A stretch of DNA of 48,549 nt from an uncultured Enterobacteriaceae bacterium (GTDB lineage Bacteria; Pseudomonadota; Gammaproteobacteria; Burkholderiales; SG8-39), in NCBI GenBank assembly GCA_964543155.1, contig CAZIXQ010000002.1, positions 1-48,549 on the forward strand, given 5' to 3'. A program made the translations under genes and the position numbers. This document shows, piece by piece, positions 24,647 through 34,028 of the stretch. The notes beneath the pieces were generated by a model. The model made no database searches, was not told where the DNA came from, and worked only from the letters and a program-made list of their open reading frames with translations. The first letter of the stretch is position 1, and every line of letters starts with the position of its first letter.

Positions 24647-26025
24647 TCGAGCGTGGCGAACAGGTTGTTCAGCGCCTCGGCCAGCGTCGGATGCGCGAAG
24701 ATCGCGTCGCGCAGTCGCGGGTAGGGCAGAGCGCCCATCATGGCGATCTGCAGCATCGACATGATCTCCCCGCCCTCGATCCCGAGCACCGTGGCCCCGA
24801 GGATCTGCTTCGTGTCCGCGTCGACGAGCGCCTTCATGAACCCGCGCGTCTCGCTCGTCTCGATCGCGCGTGCGACGCTCGTCATCGGGAGCTTCGCGAC
24901 CCGGAAGCTCAATCCGCGCCGCTTCGCTTCGGTCTCGTTCACGCCGACCGTCGCGAGCTGCGGATCGATGAACATCGTGTTGGGGACGTACCGGCCGTCG
25001 ATCGTCGCTTCTGCGCCTTCGAGCCAGTTCGCCCGCAGCACGCGGTAGTCGTCGTACGAGATGTGCGTGAACGCGGGGCCGCCTTTAACGTCGCCGATCG
25101 CGTAGATGCCCGGAACGTTGGTCTCCAGGCGGTTGTTCACCGGAATGTAGCCCGCCTTGTCGGTCGCGACGCCAGCCGACGCCAGGTTCAGGCGTTCGGA
25201 GTTCGGTGTGCGCCCGATCGCGACGAGAAGATGGCTCCCCGCGATCTCGCGCGGACCCTCCGGCGTCTCCACCAGGACCTGCACGCCGCCGCGCCCTTCG
25301 ACGCGCAGGGTGTTCGCGTTCTTCACGATCCCGATGCCGTCCTCGACCAGGATCCTCTCGACCTCGGCGGAGACGTCGGGGTCCTCGCGCGGGATCAGCC
25401 GGTCGTCACGCGTGATGACGGTGACCCGGGCGCCGAAGCGCCGGAACATCTGGCTGAACTCGAGCCCGATGTAGCCGCCGCCGAGCACCACCAGGTGCGC
25501 CGGCAGGTCCTTCAGCTCCATGACGCTCGACGAGTCGAGGTAGTCGACGTCGGCGAGGCCGGCGACGGCGGGCACCGCCGGCCGGCCGCCGGTATTGATC
25601 ACGATGCGCTCGGCGCTGAGCAGGCGCTCCCCGCCGGCGTTCAGCGTCACGCGCACCGTGCGCGCGTCGGCGAAGCTGCCCTCGCCGAACACGAGATCGA
25701 TCGCCGGCACGTTCTCGAGGCCGCGCTGACCGCCGCGCCGGAACTGCTCGACGACGCGCTGCTTGCGCGCCCACACCGCGGCGAGGTCGATCCGCGGCAC
25801 GCCGGCGTGCACGCCATAATCGGCGCTGCGTCGCGCGAGATAGGCGACGCGTGCGGAGGCGACCATTGTCTTGGTCGGCGTGCACCCGACGTTGATGCAC
25901 GTCCCGCCCACGTGCTTCGCCTCGACCACCGCCGTCTTGCGGCCCGCCCGTCCCAGCGCGAGTGCAAGCGGCTTCCCGGACTGGCCGGTGCCGATGACGA
26001 TCGTGTCGAACTTCTCCGGAGCCAT
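24643..26025 (-). CDS. Class I pyridine nucleotide-disulfide oxidoreductase (Lpd/GR/MerA-like FAD enzyme)
   Basis: I start at [18 protein letters not shown] inside ORF 24643..26457. The redox-active disulfide is [13 protein letters not shown], with a second Rossmann motif [12 protein letters not shown] and a C-terminal FAHPTLAE. The stop overlaps the midA stop. Confidence 0.88.
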   Translation of the reverse strand: MAPEKFDTIVIGTGQSGKPLALALGRAGRKTAVVEAKHVGGTCINVGCTPTKTMVASARVAYLARRSADYGVHAGVPRIDLAAVWARKQRVVEQFRRGGQRGLENVPAIDLVFGEGSFADARTVRVTLNAGGERLLSAERIVINTGGRPAVPAVAGLADVDYLDSSSVMELKDLPAHLVVLGGGYIGLEFSQMFRRFGARVTVITRDDRLIPREDPDVSAEVERILVEDGIGIVKNANTLRVEGRGGVQVLVETPEGPREIAGSHLLVAIGRTPNSERLNLASAGVATDKAGYIPVNNRLETNVPGIYAIGDVKGGPAFTHISYDDYRVLRANWLEGAEATIDGRYVPNTMFIDPQLATVGVNETEAKRRGLSFRVAKLPMTSVARAIETSETRGFMKALVDADTKQILGATVLGIEGGEIMSMLQIAMMGALPYPRLRDAIFAHPTLAEALNNLFATLD

Positions 26026-26115
26026 GGCCGCCTCGCCGATTGAGGGTGCATTTCTTGCTGGGACCAGGCCCTTCGTCGGAGGATTCGCCGCGGGCTTACA
26101 CGCGGGCCCGGCCGC

Positions 26116-26121
26116 TATAAT
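26116..26121 (+). promoter_or_regulatory. Candidate -10 hexamer TATAAT (context GCTATAATCCCC), 10 nt upstream of the cytochrome c start codon
   Basis: This is a perfect sigma70 -10 consensus in an otherwise GC-rich spacer. The same GCTATAATCCC context recurs upstream of leuS. The -35 is weak (CTTACA with a short spacer). Confidence 0.35.
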
Positions 26122-26131
26122 CCCCGGCGCC

Positions 26132-26809
26132 ATGACGCGCCCGATGTCGACTCTTGCGATCGCCCTCTTCGCGTGCGCGAGCGTCGCCGCCGCGGCGTCG
26201 GTTGCCGAGTACGAGCGCAGCGTGAACGACGCGCGCAACCGCTGGGCGGACAGCCCGCACGGTCCGATGCTCGAGCGCATCCTGCCGCCGACCTTCGAGC
26301 CCGCCCAGCTGCCGCAGCCGGCCTCCCGCGGCGCGGCGCTCGTGGTGCAGTACTGCGTGCAGTGCCACAACCTGCCCAATCCCGCCATGCACGATGCGGC
26401 GAAGTGGCCGAAGGTGGTCGAGCGCATGGTGCTCCGCATGCGCGGCCGGGGCAACATGGGCGAGCTGATGAAGGAGATGATGGCCGGCGTGCAGGCGCCT
26501 ACCGACGAGGAGGCGCGGCAGTTGCTTGCCTACCTGGAGCAGAACAGCCAGCGTCCGCTCGATCCGCGGAAGTACCCCGACGTCGAGAGCCCGGCCGCGC
26601 AGTCGTTCCGGCTCGCCTGCAACCAGTGCCACGTGCTGCCCGACCCGCGACGGCATACCGCGGGCGAGTGGCCGCGCGTCGTGGCGCGCATGGAGCGCAA
26701 CATGCAGTGGATGAACCGCGTGGTCGGCTCGCAGCGCGACCCGCGCGAGCCGCAGCTGCGCATCGACGAGATCGTCCGCTTCCTGCAGCGCCACGCTCGC
26801 GGCAACTGA
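26132..26809 (+). CDS. Dihaem c-type cytochrome (two CXXCH motifs, internally duplicated), exported
   Basis: I start at [23 protein letters not shown] (signal peptide) inside ORF 25871..26809. [25 protein letters not shown] and [25 protein letters not shown] form an evident repeat. Confidence 0.82.
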   Translation: MTRPMSTLAIALFACASVAAAASVAEYERSVNDARNRWADSPHGPMLERILPPTFEPAQLPQPASRGAALVVQYCVQCHNLPNPAMHDAAKWPKVVERMVLRMRGRGNMGELMKEMMAGVQAPTDEEARQLLAYLEQNSQRPLDPRKYPDVESPAAQSFRLACNQCHVLPDPRRHTAGEWPRVVARMERNMQWMNRVVGSQRDPREPQLRIDEIVRFLQRHARGN

Positions 26810-26824
26810 GGCCGCGCCGGCCGC

Positions 26825-27649
26825 TCAGGTCGGCAGCTGTTCCCCGAGCCAGCCGACGACGCGGTCGGCCGCCTGCCGCCAGCCGCGATCGAGCATCACC
26901 GCGTGGCCCGTGTCCTCGATGACCTCGGTGCGCACGCCGATCGCGGTGAATCCCGCGCGCGAGGACTCGAGCGGGAAGAGCGTGTCGCGCTCGGCGAGGA
27001 GCGCGATCATCGGCGGCCGGTGCATGCGCCACGCGAGCGGGAGGTCGAAGAGCGTCATGTCCCAGATCGCGCGCTGCGACTCGCGCTGGAACCGGCCGTA
27101 GTAGTCGAGCAGCTGCTCGACCGGCAGCGGCCCGGAGAAGAGCGCGCTCTGCATCGCCTCGACCGACGCGGTGCCGCGCGACATCAGGCTGTTCAGCTCC
27201 GCGAAGAGCCCCGGGCGCCCGAGCGCGAGCATGAGCGACGACGGGAAGAGCCCGTGCGGCGGAACCGGCGCGATCAGCGCCGCGGCCGGCGCGGTCTCGC
27301 GCTCGAGGTGCTTCATGACGACCATCGCGCCCATCGAGTGGCCCACGAGCACCGGCGGGACGTCGAGCGCGTCGATCGCCTCGCCGAGGTCCTCCACGTA
27401 GTCGGCGAGGCTCGCCCATGCGAGCGCCTCGCGGCCGGCGCTCGCGCCGTGCCCGCGCAGGCTCACCGCGTAAGTCGGAAAGCCGCGCGCGGCGAAATGC
27501 GGCATGAAGTGCTCCGCCCAGGTCCAGGCCGCGGCGTACGCGCCGTGCACGAACAGCACCGGTGGCCGCGGCGACTCGATCTGCGGCTGGCACTCGAGGA
27601 TCTCGAGGCGCGACGAGAGGCTGGAGCGGAGGACCTCCATCGTCCGCAT
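26825..27649 (-). CDS. Alpha/beta hydrolase fold protein
   Basis: I start at MRTMEV..., just after the upstream GST stop. PPVLFVHG and the nucleophile elbow VGHSMG are present, and the C-terminal GHAVMLD supplies the likely catalytic His. Confidence 0.85.
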   Translation of the reverse strand: MRTMEVLRSSLSSRLEILECQPQIESPRPPVLFVHGAYAAAWTWAEHFMPHFAARGFPTYAVSLRGHGASAGREALAWASLADYVEDLGEAIDALDVPPVLVGHSMGAMVVMKHLERETAPAAALIAPVPPHGLFPSSLMLALGRPGLFAELNSLMSRGTASVEAMQSALFSGPLPVEQLLDYYGRFQRESQRAIWDMTLFDLPLAWRMHRPPMIALLAERDTLFPLESSRAGFTAIGVRTEVIEDTGHAVMLDRGWRQAADRVVGWLGEQLPT

Positions 27650-27654
27650 GCGGC

Positions 27655-28275
27655 TCAGCCCGGCACCTTCATGCCCCGTTGCACCGCGGGACGCAGGGAG
27701 ATCGCGTCGAACCAGCGCTTCACGTTGGGAAACTGACCGAGGTCGGTCTTGTGCCACTCATAGCGCGCCACCCAGGGATAGGTGGCGATGTCGGCGATCG
27801 TGTACTCGTCGCCCGCGAGATAGCTCGCCTCGCCGAGCCGCCGGTCGAGCACGCCGTAGAGCCGGTCCTTCTCCTTGACGTAGCGCTCGATCGCATAGGG
27901 CACCTCGACCTTCGCCGCGCGCAGGAAATGGTGCACCTGGCCGAAGAAGGGTCCGACGCCACCCATCTGGAACATGAGCCACTGCAGCGCCACGTACTTC
28001 CCGCTCGTGGTGGCGGGCAGAAACCTGCCCGTCTTGCCGGACAGGTAGACGAGGATCGCGCCCGACTCGAAGAGCGGGAACGGCCTGCCCTCCGGCCCTT
28101 CGCTGTCGACGATCGCCGGAATCTTGCTGTTCGGGTCGATCGCGACGAACTCCGGCTTGAACTGGTCCCCTTTGCCGATGTCGATCGGGTGGACGTTGTA
28201 GGGGAGCCCGCACTCCTCCAGCATGATCGACACCTTGCGCCCGTTGGGCGTGCCCCACGTGTAGAGCTCGATCAC
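27655..28275 (-). CDS. Glutathione S-transferase, YfcG/Nu-class-like
   Basis: GTG start (VIELYTWGTPNGRKVSIMLEE). The motifs NPNSKIPAIVD, ESGAILVYL and TIADIATYPW are present. The upstream part of ORF 27655..28335 is not protein-like. Confidence 0.87.
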   Translation of the reverse strand: MIELYTWGTPNGRKVSIMLEECGLPYNVHPIDIGKGDQFKPEFVAIDPNSKIPAIVDSEGPEGRPFPLFESGAILVYLSGKTGRFLPATTSGKYVALQWLMFQMGGVGPFFGQVHHFLRAAKVEVPYAIERYVKEKDRLYGVLDRRLGEASYLAGDEYTIADIATYPWVARYEWHKTDLGQFPNVKRWFDAISLRPAVQRGMKVPG

Positions 28276-28367
28276 TTCCCCTTCTCCCTGTCTGCCTGCG
28301 CAACGCGCCCGTCGCGGGCCGCGCGAAGTGTACACTCGGCCCGGCCGGGAAAAGAAGGAACTGTGCA

Positions 28368-28565
28368 GTGCTGAAATGGCTGTTGACGCTGGCGGTCGCG
28401 CTCGTGGTGCTGAGCGCCGTCTCGCCCTGGCTCGCGCGGCGTTTCGGCCTCGGCCGCCTGCCGGGCGACCTCGTCGTGCGCATCCGCGGGCGCGAGGTCT
28501 ACGTGCCGTTCACCACGACCCTCCTGCTCTCGCTCGCGCTGACGGCGCTGTCGAGGTTGATCTAG
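28368..28565 (+). CDS. DUF2905-family small membrane protein
   Basis: GTG follows GAAGGAA. The 65-aa product reads MLKWLLTLAVALVVLS...LGRLPGDLVVRIRGREVYVPFTTTLLLSLALTALSRLI. Confidence 0.75.
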   Translation: MLKWLLTLAVALVVLSAVSPWLARRFGLGRLPGDLVVRIRGREVYVPFTTTLLLSLALTALSRLI

Positions 28566-28573
28566 GGCGCGCG

Positions 28574-29056
28574 GTGCGCCGCGCGATTGCGATTCTCGTG
28601 GCGGTGGCGGCGATCGTCGTCGCGGGCGTACTCGGAGGCTGCGCGATGGGACTGTTCGCCGGACGACCCCCCACGAACCTGGGCGCGAAGGACGGGCGCC
28701 TCGCACCCTGCCCGTCCTCGCCGAACTGCGTGGCGAGCCAGGCCGATCCCGGGGATGCGACCCACCACGTCGCGCCGATAGCATTCAAGGGCGACGCGCG
28801 CGCCGCCTGGCGCGCGCTGCAGGAGGCGGTCGCCGCTTCCGAGCGCGCGAAGATCGTCGTCGCGCGGGACGACTATCTGCGCGCGGAGTTCACCTCGAAG
28901 GTCATGGGCTTCGTCGACGACGTCGAGTTCCTGCTGGACCCGGGTGCGCGCGTGATCCACGTGCGCTCGGCGTCGCGACTCGGCTACCGCGACTTCGGCG
29001 TCAACCGGGCGCGCATCGAAGCGCTCCGTGCGGCGCTCGCTGCCCGCGACGTCTGA
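28574..29056 (+). CDS. DUF1499-family lipoprotein
   Basis: I start at a GTG inside ORF 28328..29056. The lipobox is VLGGC. LAPCPSSPNCVASQ and the ...FVDDVEF...SASRLGYRDFGVNRARIE pattern are typical of DUF1499. Confidence 0.78.
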   Translation: MRRAIAILVAVAAIVVAGVLGGCAMGLFAGRPPTNLGAKDGRLAPCPSSPNCVASQADPGDATHHVAPIAFKGDARAAWRALQEAVAASERAKIVVARDDYLRAEFTSKVMGFVDDVEFLLDPGARVIHVRSASRLGYRDFGVNRARIEALRAALAARDV

Positions 29057-29092
29057 GTCGCGCCGTCGACCGATCCGAGCTGCGCTGCGCGA

Positions 29093-30184
29093 CTATCGCA
29101 ACCGCGCGACGGCCCCGACGCGGGCGGCCCGGATCGCGCCTGCGATGTCCTCCGGCTGCGCTGCGGCGATCGCGGCGGCATCCACCGCGCGCGCGGCGTC
29201 CGCCGCCCGCCGCAGGCGCAGCAGACCGGTCGGGTCGGCCCGGCCTGCGGCGATCGCATCGCACTCGTGCACCGCGAGCAGCGCCTCGAAGCGCTCCGGA
29301 CGCCGGAACGCGTCGAGCTGCTGCAGGAGTTCCACGACCTCGACGGGAGGCAGCGCCGTCGCGCGCGCGACGGCATCCCGTGCGCGGGCCGCGGTGACGG
29401 CCAGGTCGCGACACTCGCCCGTCGCGCGCAGGCGAGCGGACGCGCGGTCCGCGACCTCCTCCGCCGCGCCTGCGAAGATCGCGGCATAGCGCACCGGAAG
29501 CGCCGCGCCGCGTGCGGCCGCCGCATCGAGCGCGGCGAGCGCGCGCGCGCCGTCGAGCTCGCGCCATTCCGGCAGGACGCGCTCGAGCGCGCCGCACTCG
29601 TCGAGCGCCTCGAGCATCCGGCGCGGCGCGGCTTCCATCAGGCCCCTCGAGAACTCCTGCCACACGCGCTCGGAGACGAGCGCGTCGACCTCGCCGCTTG
29701 CCGCCATCGTGCGCATCAGCGCGAGGGTCTCCGGCGCGATGGCGAAGCCGAAGCGCGCGGCGAAGCGCGCGACGCGCAGCACGCGCACCGGGTCCTCGGC
29801 GAAGGCCGGGCTCACGTGCCGAAGGAGGCGCGCGCGCAGGTCGCGCACGCCGCCGAACGGATCGATCACGTTGCCGTGCTCGTCCTTGGCGATCGCGTTG
29901 ATCGTCAGGTCGCGGCGCGCGAGGTCCTCCTCGAGCGTGACGTCGGGCGCGGCGTGGACGATGAAGCCCTTGTAGCCGCGGCCGGACTTGCGCTCGGTGC
30001 GCGCGAGCGCGTGCTCCTCGCGCGTGACGGGATGGAGAAAGACGGGGAAATCCCTGCCGACCGGCTTGAAGCCGAGGCGCACCATCTCCTCCGGGGTCGC
30101 CCCGACGACGACGTAATCGCGGTCCTTGACCGCAAGCCCGAGGAGCTCGTCGCGGACGGCGCCACCGACCTGGTAGACCTTCAT
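29093..30184 (-). CDS. cca: CCA-adding tRNA nucleotidyltransferase (class II), short form without a recognisable HD motif
   Basis: [16 protein letters not shown]...DRDYVVVG...RDLTINAIA...[15 protein letters not shown] is present. The product is 363 aa. Confidence 0.9.
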   Translation of the reverse strand: MKVYQVGGAVRDELLGLAVKDRDYVVVGATPEEMVRLGFKPVGRDFPVFLHPVTREEHALARTERKSGRGYKGFIVHAAPDVTLEEDLARRDLTINAIAKDEHGNVIDPFGGVRDLRARLLRHVSPAFAEDPVRVLRVARFAARFGFAIAPETLALMRTMAASGEVDALVSERVWQEFSRGLMEAAPRRMLEALDECGALERVLPEWRELDGARALAALDAAAARGAALPVRYAAIFAGAAEEVADRASARLRATGECRDLAVTAARARDAVARATALPPVEVVELLQQLDAFRRPERFEALLAVHECDAIAAGRADPTGLLRLRRAADAARAVDAAAIAAAQPEDIAGAIRAARVGAVARLR

Positions 30185-30260
30185 CGCGGCGCGCTAGACC
30201 CGCGGCTCGATGGCGATCGACCGGCACGCCGGCCAACGCGGCCCCCGGCCCGTCCGCGGG

Positions 30261-30932
30261 TCACCGATAGTGGTGCGCGTACGGCTCTTCCTCGGCGATG
30301 ACCTCGGGTTCCGCCCGGGCCGCCGCGCTCCATTCGCGGATGGCCGGCAACGCGAGCACCGCGTCGACGTACCGCTGCGCAGCGGCCGGAACGCGCACGC
30401 CGTAGGTGACGAAGCGCGTCGCAACCGGCGCGTAGAAGGCGTCCGCAATGCTGAAGCCGCCGAACAGCAGCTCGCCGCCGGCGCCGAAGCGCTCCCGGCA
30501 CGCGGTCCAGGCGGCGACGATGCGGTCGATGTCCTGCGCGACCTCGGGGCCCATGCCCCGGCCGGGGTACGAGCCGCGAATGTTCATCGGCATCGCCTGG
30601 CGCAGCGCGTGGAAGCCGGCGTGCATCTCGGCGCACATCGCCCGCGCCACCGCCCGTGCGCGCGCGTCCGCCGGCCAGGCCTGCCGCTCCGGCCAGCGCT
30701 CCGCGACGGTCTCGGCGATCGCGAGCGTGTCCCACACCGGCTCGGCGTCGAGCCACAACACCGGCACGCGCCCGCTCGGCGACCAGCGGCCGATGTCGCG
30801 CTTCCAGCCCTCGCTGTGGAACTTGAGCTGCACTTCCTCGAAGTCGATGCCGAGCGCGCGCAGCAGTACCCAGGCCCGCATCGACCACGACGAGTAGTTC
30901 TTGTTGCCGATGACCAGCCGTGGCCGGCTCAT
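30261..30932 (-). CDS. Glutathione S-transferase family protein
   Basis: I start at MSRPRLVIGNKNYSSWSMRAWVLLRALGIDFEEV inside ORF 30261..31388. GRVPVLW is present and the C-terminal half is helical. The start overlaps the upstream gene's stop (ATGA). Confidence 0.85.
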   Translation of the reverse strand: MSRPRLVIGNKNYSSWSMRAWVLLRALGIDFEEVQLKFHSEGWKRDIGRWSPSGRVPVLWLDAEPVWDTLAIAETVAERWPERQAWPADARARAVARAMCAEMHAGFHALRQAMPMNIRGSYPGRGMGPEVAQDIDRIVAAWTACRERFGAGGELLFGGFSIADAFYAPVATRFVTYGVRVPAAAQRYVDAVLALPAIREWSAAARAEPEVIAEEEPYAHHYR

Positions 30933-31891
30933 ACTTCTCTCGTCTTGCGGCCGGCGTGATAGCGGAACTCGCTGTAGCGCGAGCGCGGCGAGAGGCCCTT
31001 GAGGTAGACCGGGGCGATCGCCTCGAGCGCGGTGGGATGGATGCCGAAGGGCAGGCGCTCCGCCGAGGTGTTCGGCAGCTTCATCGAGTGGTAGTTGTCG
31101 CGGCTCATCAGCTTGCCGGGCGCGAGCTCCATGAGCCACGCCTGCAGGTATGAGAGCCGGTCGCCGAGCCCGACGATCGGCCGCGCGTGGCCGGACACCT
31201 CGCCCGCATAGGCCACGAGCTCCCGCAGGCTGTAGACCTTCGGCCCGACGAGGTCGTAGGCCCTGCCGTGGCTCTCGCTCTCGTCGAGCGCGCGCACGAA
31301 GGCCTCCGCGACGTCGCCCACGAACACCGGCTGAAACCGGGCGTCGGGGCTCGCGAGGAACACGACCGGCAGCAACTTCTGCAGCCACGCGAAGAGGTTG
31401 AGGAACTGGTCCTCGGGACCGAACACGACCGAAGGCCGGAAGATCGTGGTGGCGAGCTGAGCGCGCGCGGCGACGATCGCGGCCTCCCCGTCGGCCTTGG
31501 AACGCAGGTACTGGCTCGGCGCGTCGGCGGCAGCCCGGAGCGCGCTCATGTGCACGAGCCGCGGCACCTGCGCCGCGACGCAGGCCGCGACGAGACGCCG
31601 CGGCAGCTCCACGTGCGCGCGCGCGAAATCGGGTCCGTAGGGCTGCCCGTTGCGGCTCTGCAGGACGCCGACCAGGTTGATCGCCGCGTCGCAGCGCTCG
31701 AGCGCTCGCTCGAGCGCCGGCGGCTCGTGCACGTTCGCTTCCACCACCTCGACGGTGGGCAGCATGATGAGATGTCGCGCGCGCTCGCGTCGTCGCGTCG
31801 GGACGACGATGCGATCGCCGCGGGCCGCGAGCCTGGCGACGATGTGGCGGCCGACGAATCCGGAGCCGCCGAGGACGCAGATCCTGGCCAT
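30929..31891 (-). CDS. NAD(P)-binding NDUFA9/NmrA-like epimerase-dehydratase family protein
   Basis: I start at MARICVLGGSGFVGRHIVARL inside ORF 30929..33532. YLRSKADGE supplies the YxxxK motif. The product is 320 aa. Confidence 0.87.
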   Translation of the reverse strand: MARICVLGGSGFVGRHIVARLAARGDRIVVPTRRRERARHLIMLPTVEVVEANVHEPPALERALERCDAAINLVGVLQSRNGQPYGPDFARAHVELPRRLVAACVAAQVPRLVHMSALRAAADAPSQYLRSKADGEAAIVAARAQLATTIFRPSVVFGPEDQFLNLFAWLQKLLPVVFLASPDARFQPVFVGDVAEAFVRALDESESHGRAYDLVGPKVYSLRELVAYAGEVSGHARPIVGLGDRLSYLQAWLMELAPGKLMSRDNYHSMKLPNTSAERLPFGIHPTALEAIAPVYLKGLSPRSRYSEFRYHAGRKTREV

Positions 31892-31941
31892 GGCGAGACG
31901 AGAAGGAAAGCCCCGGCGCGGGGATCGCGCCGCGAGCCCGG

Positions 31942-33963
31942 CTATTCTAGCGCTGCCTGCCCGGTGATCGTCGCCGCGTAGCCCTCGCCGCTGCGGCGCG
32001 GGCCAACGGTGCCGAGCCGGACCTTGAGCGGCTTCGCCGCGCCGCCGCCATAGAGCGCCGCGTAGTACATCGTGTTGCTCAGCACCTTCTTCACGTAGTC
32101 GCGGGTCTCGTTGAAGGGGATGGTCTCGGCGTAGATCGCGCCCTCCAGCGGTCGGTCCGCCTTCCACTTGCGAGCGCGCCCCGGCCCGGCGTTGTACGCG
32201 GCCGCGGCGAGGACCGGGCTGCCGTCGAGCTCGTCCAGCACGTACTTGAGGTAGCTCGTGCCGAGCGCGATATTCACTTCCACGTCGGTGACGCGCGCCG
32301 GCGTGTAGTCCTTCATGCCCGTCTGGCGGGCCACCCAGCGCGCGGTGGCCGGCATGAGCTGCATCAGGCCGGAGGCGCCCGCGACCGACCGCACGTCGGG
32401 AATGAACCGGCTCTCCTGGCGCACGAGGCCGAGCACGTACGGCTCCTCGAGGCCCTGGTCGCGCGCGCGCTGCGCGAAGACCTCGCGGTAGGGCGCGAGG
32501 AAGCGCACGCCGAAGTCGTGCGTGCCCACGGTGCGGTCGGCGGTGTTGATCGCGCGGTCCCACACCTCGGCGCGGCGCGCAAGCTCGGCCGCCGCGAGGA
32601 GCTGCTCGTCGTCCATGCCGCGCAGCGCCCAGTTCCATTCGCGCACGCCCTCGACGCGCTGCTGCAGGCGCAGCAGCGCAAGACCGCGCTGGAGCGCCGG
32701 ATCTGCCGCCATCCGGGTCACCGCCTCCTCGCTGGGCGCGTAGCCCCGGGGCGGGATCGAGAAGGGCTGGCCCAGCTCCTCGCGCGCGAGCTTGCCGTAG
32801 AAGTGGTGCTCGCCCGCGAGCCGCGTGAAGAGCGCCGTGGCGGCCTCCCGATCGCCGGCCGCGCGCAGCGCGCGCGCCCGCCAGTACGTCCAGGTCGGCT
32901 CGGTCCGCTGCAGCGGGCCCATCCGCTCGATGACCACGCGGACCGTCGCCCAGTTTTCCTCGCGCAGCGCGGCGCGCACCCACCACTCGAGCTGCTCCTC
33001 GGACAGCGCGGCCCCTTCGGCCTTGGCGTACCAGTCGAGCGCCGCGGGCAGGTGCCGCTTCGCGCCCTGCGTGGCGATCTGGCCCCAGATCCAGGCCTGG
33101 TCCTCCGCCGGCAACCGCTCCTGGAGCTTGCGCGACAGGTGGCTTGGCGCAGCCTCGGGATCGCTGCGCGCGACGCGGGCGAACGCGAAGAGCAGGAGCT
33201 CGCGGTTCGCGCGCTTCTTCAGGTCGAGCTTTTCGGCCTGCTCGATGAAACCGACCGGCGCGCGCCGGATGCGGTCGAGCGTGCGCTCGTCGGGGGCCTC
33301 GCCCGCCGGCAGGTACTGGAGCGTGCGCTTCGCGGACGACATCTGCCCCGCCTCGAGCAGCCCCCGAACGCGATTCCAGACATGGCGCGCGGTGAGCGTT
33401 CCCGCGGCGATCTCGGCCTCCGCGAGCGGCACGCACCCGTCCGGAAGCTCGCGCGGCGCCGTCCACAAGGGCCGGAGCTCCTCCAGCGCCGAGGCGTCGC
33501 CGCGCTTCCAGCGGGCCAGCAGCGCGAAGCACGTGAGCTCCGGGTCTTCGCCCACGAGCGCCGGAAACTCGGCCTCGAACCTCTCCCAGTCCTGGCGCTT
33601 GCCGAGGCTCTTCAACCAGTCGCGGCGCAGCTGGTCGGCGATGTAGGTGCCTTGATGTCGCAGCAGGAATTCGCGCGCTTGCGCGGCGGACGCTTCCTCG
33701 AGCTTCATCCGCAGGAGGTAGTACTCGACGTACGGCTCGAGCACGTAGCCGCGCAGATGCGGCGCCTGCTCGGCGACTCGTGCGTACTGGCCGACGCGAA
33801 AGGCCTCGCGCGCCGCGAGGAACCGATCATCCTGCGAGACCGCAGCCGCGCGCGCCTTGCCGTTCGTCTGGGCGTGCAGCGGCAGCGCGGGCGCGGCGAG
33901 CGCGACGAGGAGCACGAGGCTGCAAACCGGAAGGCGTACCATGCGCGGGAGGCTACTTTGCAT
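31942..33963 (-). CDS. slt: Soluble lytic murein transglycosylase (Slt70-like)
   Basis: A signal peptide and a long superhelical N-terminal region are present. The C-terminal catalytic motifs are GLVRQESRF, SVAGASGLMQLMPATA and AAAYNAGPGR. The start may be ATG 33942 instead of 33963. Confidence 0.9.
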   Translation of the reverse strand: MQSSLPRMVRLPVCSLVLLVALAAPALPLHAQTNGKARAAAVSQDDRFLAAREAFRVGQYARVAEQAPHLRGYVLEPYVEYYLLRMKLEEASAAQAREFLLRHQGTYIADQLRRDWLKSLGKRQDWERFEAEFPALVGEDPELTCFALLARWKRGDASALEELRPLWTAPRELPDGCVPLAEAEIAAGTLTARHVWNRVRGLLEAGQMSSAKRTLQYLPAGEAPDERTLDRIRRAPVGFIEQAEKLDLKKRANRELLLFAFARVARSDPEAAPSHLSRKLQERLPAEDQAWIWGQIATQGAKRHLPAALDWYAKAEGAALSEEQLEWWVRAALREENWATVRVVIERMGPLQRTEPTWTYWRARALRAAGDREAATALFTRLAGEHHFYGKLAREELGQPFSIPPRGYAPSEEAVTRMAADPALQRGLALLRLQQRVEGVREWNWALRGMDDEQLLAAAELARRAEVWDRAINTADRTVGTHDFGVRFLAPYREVFAQRARDQGLEEPYVLGLVRQESRFIPDVRSVAGASGLMQLMPATARWVARQTGMKDYTPARVTDVEVNIALGTSYLKYVLDELDGSPVLAAAAYNAGPGRARKWKADRPLEGAIYAETIPFNETRDYVKKVLSNTMYYAALYGGGAAKPLKVRLGTVGPRRSGEGYAATITGQAALE

Positions 33964-34028
33964 AACTCCATGAAGCGTATGAAGAATAGCACAGCCCTGC
34001 CCGAATTTCGCCAGAATTCACGATCCGC

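Noticed and set aside
24643-26025. The flavoprotein disulfide oxidoreductase as the missing lpdA partner of aceE.
   Set aside because: It lies 11 kb away on an unrelated transcription unit with no E2 gene. The CxxxxC and HPT motifs are shared by the whole class I family (Lpd, glutathione reductase, MerA-like), so the specific assignment cannot be supported from the sequence alone.
24643-26457. The N-terminal extensions given by the ORF track for several genes: 24643..26457, 25871..26809, 28328..29056, 26825..27757, 27655..28335, 3317..4330, 8156..9220, 30261..31388 and 30929..33532.
   Set aside because: The upstream portions are non-protein-like, overlap neighbouring genes, or precede better starts with SD sequences and family-typical N-termini. 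The coordinates were trimmed accordingly.
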